DNA from: a virus
Taxonomy: Duplodnaviria; Caudoviricetes
IMG/VR virus record: IMGVR_UViG_3300031853_000006
Coordinates: 1-64,000 of that record
Length of the DNA stretch: 64,000 nt
Strand: one strand, 5' to 3'
This document shows, one piece after another, positions 28,316 through 37,757 of this stretch. Under the pieces are notes generated by a model. That model worked only from the letters and a program-made list of their open reading frames with translations, did not search any database and had not been told where the DNA came from. Each line of letters opens with the position of its first letter. Within the stretch, counting starts at the first letter, position 1. Made by a program: the position numbers and the translations under genes.

Positions 28316-28841
28316 GTTGGACACCAACGGCAACTCAAGATCTACTTGTTCGTTTGTGGTTGGGGTGAAGGATTGTTTGTATAATGCAGGGACAATTACA
28401 GGTAACCCCGACCCTTGGAGCGTTTGGAAATATTCGAAAAGGCACAGTTGGTGCAACAGCGGATTCAGAAGTGCATTCAATTCATATCTCAGGTCAACAT
28501 TTAAGCAATTCAAGTGCATCACAGGCCGCTACAATAATAGTAAAACTGGCGGAGATAACTATATTACACAAGAATGGTTCACTTTTGCGGCAGCTAAAGA
28601 AGTTTTTAATCAAAGTGGTTATAGTACTGACAATGAAACTAATGCGCTGCGTCAGTTCTCCTGGTACAGTTTAACAGATAATTGGTATAAAAATAATGCC
28701 CCTTGGCCGAACACATGGTGGTTAAGGAGCCCTTCTTATCAAACACGGGAAGGAGAGTATTCGATAGTTTCAAATAGAGGTGCGGGCGAGGGTAACGGTT
28801 ATGATCCTATCCGAGGTATCTCGCCTTTCGGCGTAATGTAA
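28316..28841 (+). other. silent 3'-end cassette C
   Basis: Begins mid-domain at the 64-bp repeat, no RBS, ends SPFGVM*. Confidence 0.85.
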
Positions 28842-29498
28842 TTCACTACCTTACCTCAACACGTATAAAAGCTTGAAAACAAAGAATCAGCAGGGTTGCT
28901 CACCCTGCTTTTCTTATTGTGTTGTTTCTATTAAATAGCTATGTGTTATATGCAGCCGAAAGGCGCCAACCCAGAAGCATCGCTAGCGTTGTAACCGGTG
29001 GCGTAGCCGTTGCTGTGAACACGACAGAAAGGGTAGCCGGAGTCGTAATTAGGCGAACGCTCCCACCAATAGTAGGCGGAGCCATTTTGGTTTTTGATTC
29101 GATTGCTTGTAGTCTCGTACCACGTGAACCTTGTTAACGCTTTGAACTCTGTCAGGTTTGAGTATGCGGTTTGCTGACCTGCTTTTCCTCCCTGGCCGTA
29201 CGTCTCATCACCCTTGAACACTTCTGCTGCGGCAGGAAGTGCAAAGTAATCTTGAGACGTCGTAGTGGTTGAAGCATTGTATGCAGTTACAGTCTCGCAG
29301 TGGAACTGCTTGAACGTTGCTTGCAAGCTAACTGGCAACGATTGGCGGAACCCTCCATTGCACCAATAACGTCTTTTAGATGACTTCCATGAGCCTGCGT
29401 TAGTATTCGAAGGATTCATATAACCTGCCTCGCTCAAACAATCCTTCACCCCAACCACAAACGAACAAGTAGATCTTGAGTTGCCGTTGGTGTCCAAC
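28316..29498. repeat. 64-bp perfect inverted repeat, arms 28316-28379 and 29435-29498 (C/D)
   Basis: GTTGGACACCAACGGC...GAAGGATTGTTTG. Confidence 0.92.
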
Positions 29499-29704
29499 AC
29501 AGGAGTGACAAGATGATACAGTCCCTTATGCATCAACACTAACGTGATCTGTTGTTCAGGCTGTGATTCCCCGACTGACCATGATACTCCCTCATAAGTC
29601 CCCGAAGCCGGAATCGCCGCAAGCGTCGTCACATGCTCCTGCCCAACCCGCCAACCGCAGTCTTCATACAAGTCAATGAGACCTGCATCAGCTGCAGCGA
29701 CCAT
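28946..29704 (-). other. silent 3'-end cassette D
   Basis: Homology to paralog A begins exactly at the 68-bp repeat; ends APFGCI*. Confidence 0.88.
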
Positions 29705-29973
29705 TGTTTGTTTTTTACTCAACACACTCGAACAATCACACCCGTGTTGCGCATGAGCTGACGCCCTACTGTCGGTGCAGTACACACATTTCAGAAACAC
29801 CGCTTCGCACATCATAAGTGGTCAACAGGAGAAGCTCTAAGTGTCACACACTACAAGAACACTGTGTAGTTGTGAAACTAGAGTAGTAGCGAGCTTCTCC
29901 TGTTGCGGTTGTTGCGGAGTGCAAGTGAGGTGTTTTTGAGAAGGTGAATGATTCTTTTTGATCGATAGAGAAC

Positions 29974-30507
29974 GTCGTGGGTGTGAAGGATTGCTTGAGT
30001 GCTGAGGGGTATATGCATAGGAGTGACTATACTACAGGATACTGGTCTAGATGTAGCCGCAGGTATTGGTGCAATGGCGGATTCTTAAGCAGCATTTCAG
30101 ATGAATTGCGCCTCGCATTCAAACAATTCAATTGTAGTACTTGGGAGAGGGACGACACTTACAACTGGAGCCTTCACACAGTTTCGGATTATTTTGCACT
30201 ACCTGCCGAAAAAGAGGTGTGGGGAACTGACCCCGAAACTTCTGGCCAGCTATGGAGTCCAGCTAAAGAGCAAGCTGTACTTACTGTATTCGCTTATTAT
30301 GAAACTAGATCTAATATAACTAAATATCGAGGGAGTGGCATAAATAGTTGGTATGAGCGTTCGACTGGTACTATGACTGATGGTAACGGTCCACATTTTT
30401 GCTATTGCTATTATAATCGCTCGCAAGAATTCTATGTGCCGAATGACATGCGGTACAACGAGACGATGTTGAATAACCAAGGTATCTCGCCATTCGGAGT
30501 TATGTAA
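29974..30507 (+). other. silent 3'-end cassette E
   Basis: Starts VVGVKDCLS; about 50-bp imperfect inverted match to cassette F; ends SPFGVM*. Confidence 0.85.
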
Positions 30508-30516
30508 AATTGAAAT

Positions 30517-30566
30517 AAAGTGCTGATTCATGCATCTGCATTGCAGGATTGAGTCAGCACTTTATT
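30517..30566. terminator. bidirectional terminator-like hairpin between convergent cassettes E and F
   Basis: AAAGTGCTGATTCA...TGAGTCAGCACTTT. Confidence 0.65.
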
Positions 30567-30616
30567 TAAGTTCATCTAGGATTTAATGCAAGGTCTAGCT
30601 AGCCTATTGAAGAATT

Positions 30617-31208
30617 TCATAAACATCCTACAGGGGATATTCCTCGAACAGAGTCAGCAAATCCAAAGCTGCTGCCCGGCTCAGTACCCATCACAAAGCA
30701 ATTGTAGCGGATGTCGTTATACCAAGGTGAGCGTTCTGACCAAGTTGATACATAAGTTCCGCCATGCCCTTGAGCCTTATAAAGATTTCGTTCTATTTCA
30801 TACCATTCAAAGCGAGTTAGCTGATTGAACTCATATATGTTGGAGTATGCGGTTCCTGTCCCTGCCGAGCTACCGTTGCCGTAAGTTCTGTGTCCTTTCC
30901 ACACTTCGGCTGCTGCAGGTAAGAAGAAATAGTCTTGAGTTTGCTGTACAGTTGAACTGTTATAAGATTCGGCAGTTAATACGATGCATTTCTTGAATAC
31001 ATTTCTCAGTGACTCAGGCACCGATTGCCTGAATCCTCCGTTACACCACTGTCTACGAGCACATCCCTTCCAAGATGTAGAATAACTACCACTCCTATGC
31101 ATATACCCATTCGTACTCAAGCAATCCTTCACTCCTACGACGAAGGAGCACGTTGTGCGGGGGTTGCCTTGTTTGTCGAGGACGGGGGTTGTTAGTTGGT
31201 AGAGGCCT
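30617..31208 (-). other. silent 3'-end cassette F
   Basis: Starts GLYQLTTPVLDKQGNP at the 91-bp repeat; ends SPVGCL*. Confidence 0.88.
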
Positions 31209-32379
31209 GGTTTGGCACATCTGCCCAGACTAAAATCAAGCCCGGCGCAGCGTCAAATTACACTTGCAAACTGATGATTAACCTTGTTTATTACTTGAAA
31301 AGAATTGTAGTTCAACTTACCATTCTACAAAGGAAACAAACAAATTCTTCATTATCTACAAGGAAGGAGAAAATAATCATATGGCAACTGTTACACAACC
31401 ACCGATTATTGATTCAACGGGTCAAGATATTGTCGACAAGCTCGAAGAGATCAGCGAAGAGATTCAATCGTCGATTACAACCGCAGCGGTTGGTCGTCTT
31501 GGCTTAGTTAAACCCGATGGAGATACTATCGAAGTAACCGCAGACGGAACGATTTCGGCAACAAAGATATACATTCCGACTCCCATAATCAGCACTCAGA
31601 CCTACACTTACAACGGATCTGAGCAGACGCTAGTCTTTACTTCAATCAGTACCTCTGATGTAGTTATAACTGGAAACAAGGCGACTAACGCAGGTAGCTA
31701 TTCTTGCACAGTTACGCTTAAGAATCCAAGTGCGATGTGGTCAGACGGGACATCAGCTCCGAAGGTCTATCCGTGGTCAATAGCCAAAGCAACTGGATCA
31801 ATCACATTTTCAGAAAGTTCCATCGAATTGACGACAGGGACACCCTCAGCAACTGTAGTAGTAACTATCGTGTCAGACGGAAACGCAACGATAGCAGCTG
31901 CTGATCCAACAGTGGTATCTGTTTCGCCTTCTATTATGAGCGCATCCGGTAACTTAACAATAACTGGATTAAAGACAGGCGCAACAACGGTTACCGCGAC
32001 GCTTCCGGCAACAACAAACTTTACGGGTGCGACAACATCTTTAACAGTCGATGCCCAGATGCTTCCGATGAAAACATTTGCAGCTGCAACTGATGCCGAA
32101 ATAGCTCAGATGGTTGCAGCCGCTGATGCTGGACAGATCGACCTTTACGAGGATTGCGGATGGAGAGTAGGGCAAGAGCATCAAACAACGATCTCAGCTA
32201 TTGCAGTATCTGGTACATACGACGGAGTCACTTGGTCAGTTGGTGAATCACAGCCGCAGCAAACAATAACACTCGTGTTAATGCACAGAGGCCTCTACCA
32301 ACTAACAACCCCCGTCCTCGACAAACAAGGCAACCCTCGCAGCACGTGCTCCTTCGTCGTCGGAGTGAAGGATTGCTTG
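31118..32379. repeat. 91-bp inverted repeat (4 mismatches), arms 31118-31208 and 32289-32379 (F/G)
   Basis: AGGCCTCTACCAACTAACAACCCCCGTCCTCGACAAACAAGGCAACCC...GGATTGCTTG. Confidence 0.92.
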
Positions 32380-32868
32380 TCTGCTGCTGGCTATATGAAC
32401 TTGACAAATACTAACGGAGGCTCGTGGAATGCATCAAATAGAAGACCATGGTGCAATGGAGGATTTCGTCAATCCTTATCGGATAGCTTGCGGTCTGTAT
32501 TTAAGCAGTTTGAGACAGTGACGGCTCAAACTTATAGTGGCTCAACAAATCAAACATCGCAAGACTACTTTGCCCTCCCTGCCGCAGCAGAAGTGTTTAA
32601 GGGCGACTCGATGTACGGAACTGGAGGTTCGGCAGGTCCAAAAACTGCATACTCAAACCTAACAGAATTCAATGCTCTAACAAGGTTCACATGGTACGGA
32701 ACAACGAGCAATAGGGTCAAAACCAGAAAAGATTCCGCCTACCCTTGGCGGGAGCGCTCGCCTTATTACGGCTCCAGCAACCATTTCTGTTTTGTGAGCA
32801 ACAACGGCGGTACCGACCTTACCACTGCTAACGGTACTGTTGGATTGTCGCCTTTCGGCTGCTTGTGA
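31381..32868 (+). CDS. receptor-binding/fibre protein paralog G
   Basis: Same architecture as A; AACCTT motif at 31280 and GGAAGGAG RBS. Confidence 0.8.
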   Translation: MATVTQPPIIDSTGQDIVDKLEEISEEIQSSITTAAVGRLGLVKPDGDTIEVTADGTISATKIYIPTPIISTQTYTYNGSEQTLVFTSISTSDVVITGNKATNAGSYSCTVTLKNPSAMWSDGTSAPKVYPWSIAKATGSITFSESSIELTTGTPSATVVVTIVSDGNATIAAADPTVVSVSPSIMSASGNLTITGLKTGATTVTATLPATTNFTGATTSLTVDAQMLPMKTFAAATDAEIAQMVAAADAGQIDLYEDCGWRVGQEHQTTISAIAVSGTYDGVTWSVGESQPQQTITLVLMHRGLYQLTTPVLDKQGNPRSTCSFVVGVKDCLSAAGYMNLTNTNGGSWNASNRRPWCNGGFRQSLSDSLRSVFKQFETVTAQTYSGSTNQTSQDYFALPAAAEVFKGDSMYGTGGSAGPKTAYSNLTEFNALTRFTWYGTTSNRVKTRKDSAYPWRERSPYYGSSNHFCFVSNNGGTDLTTANGTVGLSPFGCL

Positions 32869-33349
32869 TGATAGCATACAAAACAAGCTCCGCAACGTCG
32901 TTTAACTTTGCGGAGCTTTTTCTTTGATTAAGTTGAGAAGATTAGTTTGTTATAAGCAGCCGAAAGGCGCTAACCCAGAAACAATGTTAGCGTAGCGATC
33001 GGCGGCGGAGCCATAGCCGCTAACAAGACAGAAACCGCTGCTGTCGCGGTAACGAGGCGAACGCTCCCACCAATAGTCGGCGGATCCATTCCAATTTTTA
33101 ACTCGGTTACTTGTTGTTTGGTAATATGTTATTGCTGACAACGCGTTTGCTTCGGTAGTTGTGGAATAAGTCCGAGAATTGAAGATTTCCTTTTCAGCGA
33201 ACAGTGCAAAGTAGTCTTGTGAAGTAATATTTGCTCCTCCGGAAGTCGAGCCGCTGTAATCCCCAGTCACTGTCTCAAACTGCTTAAATACAGACCGCAA
33301 GCTATCCGATAAGGATTGACGAAATCCTCCATTGCACCATGGTCTTCTA
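32439..33349. repeat. 84-bp perfect inverted repeat, arms 32439-32522 and 33266-33349 (G/H)
   Basis: TAGAAGACCATGGTGCAATGG...GAGACAGTGAC. Confidence 0.92.
32950..33349 (-). other. silent 3'-end cassette H
   Basis: Starts at the 84-bp repeat; ends APFGCL*. Confidence 0.88.
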
Positions 33350-33528
33350 ATCGAGTAACCCTGTCCACAATTCTACGAACCCTCTAAACTCCCACACTGC
33401 AAACTACACTTAAATCTCAACAGACCAACCTTGTTTAATACTACATTGAAGGAGAGTTCTACCCCTCCGATCTTATACAAAGAAACACAACGAGAATTCT
33501 TCAAATACAAGGAAGGAGAAATATCAAT

Positions 33529-35022
33529 ATGGCAACAGTCACAGAGCCTTTATTGCTTGATGAAACCGGTCAGGCAATGATTACGCAACTTGAGAACATC
33601 AATGATGCACTCGAAGTTAAGGTAACACCTGCAACGACTGATAAGTTAGGGCTTGTCAAGCCTGATGGAGTTACTCTTAATGTCACACCCGACGGGACTA
33701 TATCGTCATCTCGCATCTTTGTTCAGGTTCCTGTAGTCAGCGAACAGACCTACACCTACAACGGGCTGACGCAGTACCTCATATTCACATCAATCTCTCG
33801 AGAAGATGTTACTGTCACAGGTGATTCTGCTACTGATGCAGGTAATTACACTTGTACAGTTTCACTTAACAATCCGAACGGAATGTGGAGCGACGGAACA
33901 GTCGCACCTAAAACATTCCCTTGGTCAATTCAGAAAGCAACCGGTTCAATCACATTATCTGAATCATCGCTTTCGCTCGATACTAACACACCCTCCGCAG
34001 TAGTTAATGTAACTATCGTAGGTGACGGAACAGCGACGTTTGCAGCAGAAGACCCAATGATTGCGAGTGCTTCGCCGTCAGTTATAACCTATTCATCTCC
34101 TGTAACAATAACAGGACTCCGGACAGGTTCTACAACGATCACAGCAACATTGGCTGCAACAACAAATTACACAGGAGACAGTGCAACTATAGAAGTTACA
34201 GCTGAGATGGTTCCGTTAAAGACGTTTGCAGCTGCAACTGATTCAGAAATCCGACAGATGGTTGAAGCAGCAGATGCGGGACTTATTGATCTCTACGAAG
34301 ACTGCGGATGGAGAGTCGGTCAAGAGCATCAGACGACTGTTGCAGCAATGGCAGCATCTGGTACATACGACGGAGTCTCCTGGTCAGTGGGTGAGACTCA
34401 TGCAGAGCAAACAATAACACTTGTATTGATGCATCAGGGCTTGTATCAGTTAGTCAACGCAGTTAAGGATAAGCAAGGAAATAACAGGACAACCTGCTCT
34501 TTCGTCGTCGGAATGAAGGATTGCCTTAACGAAGGCGGATATATGAATTCTACTAATACAAATAGTGGTTCATGGAACGGATGTGCAAGAAGATCCTGGT
34601 GCAACTCTGCATTCCGCCAAGCCCTCCCTGCCGATTTAAGAGCAGTGTTTAAGCAGTTTGAAACGGTCACCGCAACGGAGTACAACGCTAGTACGACCAC
34701 AACATCACAAGACTACTTCGCCTTAGCAGCTGCAGCCGAAGTGTTCAAGGGCGATCCTGATTATGGTCAAGGCGGCTCAGCCGGTCAGCAAACCGCATAC
34801 TCAAACCTGACCGAGTTCAACGCACTGACGCGATTCACTTGGTATGAGACATCAGCGAATAGGAGGAAGGCACAAGGACAGAACGGATCTAATATATTTT
34901 GGTATGAAAGGTCACCCTGTGCAGATGTTACAGCGACGTGGCTCTGTGTTAATCAAGGAGGAGGTCCTCGAGGGAGTGGGGCTAATAATCAATTCGGATT
35001 AACATTCTTCGGCTGCTTATAA
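33529..35022 (+). CDS. receptor-binding/fibre protein paralog I
   Basis: Same architecture; AACCTT motif at 33427. Confidence 0.8.
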   Translation: MATVTEPLLLDETGQAMITQLENINDALEVKVTPATTDKLGLVKPDGVTLNVTPDGTISSSRIFVQVPVVSEQTYTYNGLTQYLIFTSISREDVTVTGDSATDAGNYTCTVSLNNPNGMWSDGTVAPKTFPWSIQKATGSITLSESSLSLDTNTPSAVVNVTIVGDGTATFAAEDPMIASASPSVITYSSPVTITGLRTGSTTITATLAATTNYTGDSATIEVTAEMVPLKTFAAATDSEIRQMVEAADAGLIDLYEDCGWRVGQEHQTTVAAMAASGTYDGVSWSVGETHAEQTITLVLMHQGLYQLVNAVKDKQGNNRTTCSFVVGMKDCLNEGGYMNSTNTNSGSWNGCARRSWCNSAFRQALPADLRAVFKQFETVTATEYNASTTTTSQDYFALAAAAEVFKGDPDYGQGGSAGQQTAYSNLTEFNALTRFTWYETSANRRKAQGQNGSNIFWYERSPCADVTATWLCVNQGGGPRGSGANNQFGLTFFGCL

Positions 35023-35531
35023 TCTGCAAATCAAAAGAACTGCCATCAAAAGGCAGTTCTTTGAATGTACGCAGAAAGTTTAATCATACTAGCCCGCTGC
35101 CTACAACTGTGCGGCAGCGGGCTTCGCGGAGAGTGTTCTGTTCCTCCGCGAAATAAGATAGAGCCATCTAGTTCAGCCTAGTTGCATCAAACCGCCAATT
35201 TTAGGCGGTTTTCGTTTTGTGTCACAAGCAGCCGAAAGGCGACAACCCACGAGCATTGCTAGCGTTGCTACCGCCGGCGCTGGCGTTGCCCACAGCACAA
35301 AAACCGTCGCCGTTGTAGCAACGGGGCGAACGCTCCCACCAAGCGGAGGCGGAGCCCTCCACATTTTTAGCTCTGTTGCTCGTTGTCTCATACCACGTGA
35401 AACGAGATAGTGCGTTAAATTCGGTCAGGTTTGACCATGCGGTTCCTTGACCTACTGAAACACCTGTACCATAATCCGGATCCCCCTTGAACACTTCGGC
35501 TGCAGCTGCTAAGGCGAAGTAGTCTTGTGAT
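34704..35531. repeat. 48-bp perfect inverted repeat (64 bp with 2 mismatches), arms 34704-34767 and 35468-35531 (I/J)
   Basis: ATCACAAGACTACTTCGCCTTAGCAGCTGCAGCCGAAGTGTTCAAGGG. Confidence 0.92.
35222..35531 (-). other. silent 3'-end cassette J
   Basis: Starts SQDYFALAAAAEVFKG; ends SPFGCL*. Confidence 0.88.
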
Positions 35532-35534
35532 TAA

Positions 35535-35909
35535 TCAAAGGCAGCCGAAGGGAGATAGACCATAATTACCTATCACATAATAATTAGTAGGAGTGCCAGA
35601 GCTGCTCGCTAGACACTCATCAGTGTCATTATAGTAAGCAGGCGAACGCTCCCACCAACCATAGGCGGATCCGTTCATAGTTTTGATCCTGGTTGTTGTC
35701 CGATAGTAAGTGATAGCAGTCAGCGCGTTTGCTTCGTTTGTCGTGCTATTGGGATTTGATGCATGAACCTCCTTTTCGGCAAACAGTGCAAAGTAGTCTT
35801 GCGATGTAATGTTTGAGCCTCCGGTTTGATAATTATTAGATTGACCAGTAATGCAGTTAAACTTCTTAAACACTGCTCTTAAATCGGCAGGGAGGGCTTG
35901 GCGGAATGC
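35535..35909 (-). other. silent 3'-end cassette K
   Basis: Starts AFRQALPADLRAVFK; ends SPFGCL*. Confidence 0.88.
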
Positions 35910-36021
35910 GCTTAAACTCCGTCAAAAATGAAACTACATTATTATATAAGAAACAAAGTAATTGATGAACCTTATTTAATGTTGATGAAATCAATGATCA
36001 CTGGAAGGAGGAAATCTTCAA

Positions 36022-36261
36022 ATGGATAAGAGCACAATGCAAGAAATCGGTGCCATATGGGACAAATTCAATGAACTCGACAAGAAACTTTCTGACTTCA
36101 TTGACAGCGTTCACGGAGTTTCCACAGCCGGCATATCTGAGAATCAAGATAGTATCCTTGATGTTGCAGATCTATCAGACGAGAACAGCACAAGTATTGT
36201 AGAACTCGCTGATATGGTCGAAGACCTTGAGGGAAGAGTAAAAGCATTGGAGGAAAAGTAA
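36022..36261 (+). CDS. coiled-coil tail accessory protein
   Basis: Heptad pattern; AACCTT motif at 35968. Confidence 0.6.
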   Translation: MDKSTMQEIGAIWDKFNELDKKLSDFIDSVHGVSTAGISENQDSILDVADLSDENSTSIVELADMVEDLEGRVKALEEK

Positions 36262-36263
36262 TC

Positions 36264-36452
36264 ATGGTTAAGAAATACTCAAGACTTCTCGAGCAGAGAA
36301 TCACAAATGAAAAAACCGGATCGACTTGGGCAATCCAGGATGTTCCGAACACTTGGCGTGATGCAACTCACGACAAAGTAATCGCTGACCATTATGTTTT
36401 CCTTGAGGACGGGACAGCTGAGCCGATTCCGCCCAATGAGGACGAAGAGTAA
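36264..36452 (+). CDS. CD1375/XkdX-like small tail accessory protein
   Basis: Y-x-x-L...I-x-DVP-x-x-WR pattern; follows a coiled-coil gene. Confidence 0.5.
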   Translation: MVKKYSRLLEQRITNEKTGSTWAIQDVPNTWRDATHDKVIADHYVFLEDGTAEPIPPNEDEE

Positions 36453-36483
36453 TAACTAGCATAATCAGGAAGGAGAAAAGCAG

Positions 36484-37104
36484 ATGGCCCAAGTAACATC
36501 CCCTCTCCTGCTAGACGGAACAGGCCAGACCATGCTCACGAAACTCGAAGGAATTCGTGCAGCACTTGCTGCAGAGGTAACCCCTGCAACAACAGCAACG
36601 GCAGGTATCGTCAAGCCGGACGGAACCACAATTACAATAGATGGTAACGGAACCATTTCAGCTGCCGTAGCCCCTGCAACAACATCGGTCGCAGGTACTG
36701 TAAAGCCGGACGGAACCACCATTACCGTCACCAACGACGGAACAATTTCTGCAGATGTTGCCTTTGCAACAACCGCAAAAGCAGGTACTGTAAAGCCGGA
36801 CGGAACGTCGATCACAGTATCGAATGACGGCACCATCTCAGCACAAGCAGGCGAAATGGTGTTCCAGAGTCACTTAATAGAAGCATCAGGATGGTCAAGT
36901 AACGTATATTCATTTGAGCTGGAATATCCGAGTGCTTCATATGACATTCTTGACATCACACCTAGTGAGACTGCATCAGATGCACAGAGAAAAGCATGGA
37001 TTTCGGCAGATTGCGGTGGGTTCAGAGCAACTAACACAATTTATGCACACGGAACCGTGCCCACAACCGACATTCCCGCAGTATTGCTAGTAAGGTCAAA
37101 GTAA
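36484..37104 (+). CDS. tail-fibre protein with three tandem AT-x3-AG-x-VKPDGT-x-IT-x4-GTISA repeats
   Basis: Three ~90-bp tandem repeats at about 36580-36843; N-terminus like paralogs A/G/I. Confidence 0.7.
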   Translation: MAQVTSPLLLDGTGQTMLTKLEGIRAALAAEVTPATTATAGIVKPDGTTITIDGNGTISAAVAPATTSVAGTVKPDGTTITVTNDGTISADVAFATTAKAGTVKPDGTSITVSNDGTISAQAGEMVFQSHLIEASGWSSNVYSFELEYPSASYDILDITPSETASDAQRKAWISADCGGFRATNTIYAHGTVPTTDIPAVLLVRSK

Positions 37105-37183
37105 CAAGTGTGTTAGCTAATAAAGACACTTGCATATAAACAAATTAACAACCAAAAACTATTCAGATTGGAGGAATAAAAAC

Positions 37184-37513
37184 ATGAGAGCTGTTATTCT
37201 TGCAGACGGAACACGTATTGATAATGTCAGCGATTCTAGTTCAGTTGATGCAATTCTTGCCATCAGAGAGAACTACGAAGCAGCAGGAGCTGTTCGCGAT
37301 ATCTTTACAGCAGAGAATTCTACTTCTTTCGAGATCGTAGATGAGGAAGGAAAGCAGATCGCAGTAGCATCAGAGGTTATCCTCGGTGACGGTGCACAGC
37401 TGTATTCTACAGAGGGCGGAGTTATCTGCCAGGTTAACTTCCGTGCTAAGACTGATGTAGAGATTCTTCAGGATGAAGTTAAAGAGCTTCAGGATGCTGT
37501 AATCGAGGGATAA
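37184..37513 (+). CDS. tail accessory protein (XkdW-like position)
   Basis: ATG at 37184 after GGAGG; C-terminal coiled coil. Confidence 0.6.
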   Translation: MRAVILADGTRIDNVSDSSSVDAILAIRENYEAAGAVRDIFTAENSTSFEIVDEEGKQIAVASEVILGDGAQLYSTEGGVICQVNFRAKTDVEILQDEVKELQDAVIEG

Positions 37514-37526
37514 GGAGGACAAAGAC

Positions 37527-37676
37527 ATGAGTAAATCAATGGCTAAGATCTGGGCACGTCGCATTCACGACGGCGCTTATACACTCGACGATGTGAAAGC
37601 AAAGTACGGCGAAGAGGGAGTTCAGCAGGTTAAGGAAGCTTACAGACAGCTTTTCGGTACAGACATTCCGGAGTGA
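37527..37676 (+). CDS. CD1375-like 49-aa protein
   Basis: MAKIWARRIHDGAYTLDDV; AAGGAGG RBS; translated by hand. Confidence 0.6.
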   Translation: MSKSMAKIWARRIHDGAYTLDDVKAKYGEEGVQQVKEAYRQLFGTDIPE

Positions 37677-37757
37677 CACATAATTAACAATTAAGAGTAA
37701 GGGACGTCTAACATCAGATGTCCCTTTCTTTTTTCTTCTAAGGAGGAATAAGCTGTA

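Larger units (their letters stand above)
27044..29704. repeat. 68-bp perfect inverted repeat, arms 27044-27111 and 29637-29704 (A/D)
   Basis: ATGGTCGCTGCAGCTGATGCAGG...GGGTTGGGCAGGA and its reverse complement. Confidence 0.92.
28173..29913. repeat. 23-bp inverted repeat, arms 28173-28195 and 29891-29913, each within a local palindrome
   Basis: AACAACCGCAACAGGAGAAGCTC / GAGCTTCTCCTGTTGCGGTTGTT; additional core copies at 28221-28234 and 29823-29838. Confidence 0.85.
34609..35909. repeat. 45-bp perfect inverted repeat, arms 34609-34653 and 35865-35909 (I/K)
   Basis: GCATTCCGCCAAGCCCTCCCTGCCGATTTAAGAGCAGTGTTTAAG. Confidence 0.92.

Noticed and set aside
28946-29815. Cassette ORFs (28946..29815, 28317, 29977, 30617, 32950, 35222, 35535) as independent genes
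   Set aside because: No RBS, and homology starts mid-domain at repeat arms; treated as silent cassettes.
26312-35909. Complete DGR or classical shufflon in this window
   Set aside because: No reverse transcriptase, AAC-rich template repeat, recombinase or common short crossover site was seen.
36580-36843. Tandem ~90-bp repeats as a non-coding repeat array
   Set aside because: They encode the VKPDG fibre repeat inside a CDS.
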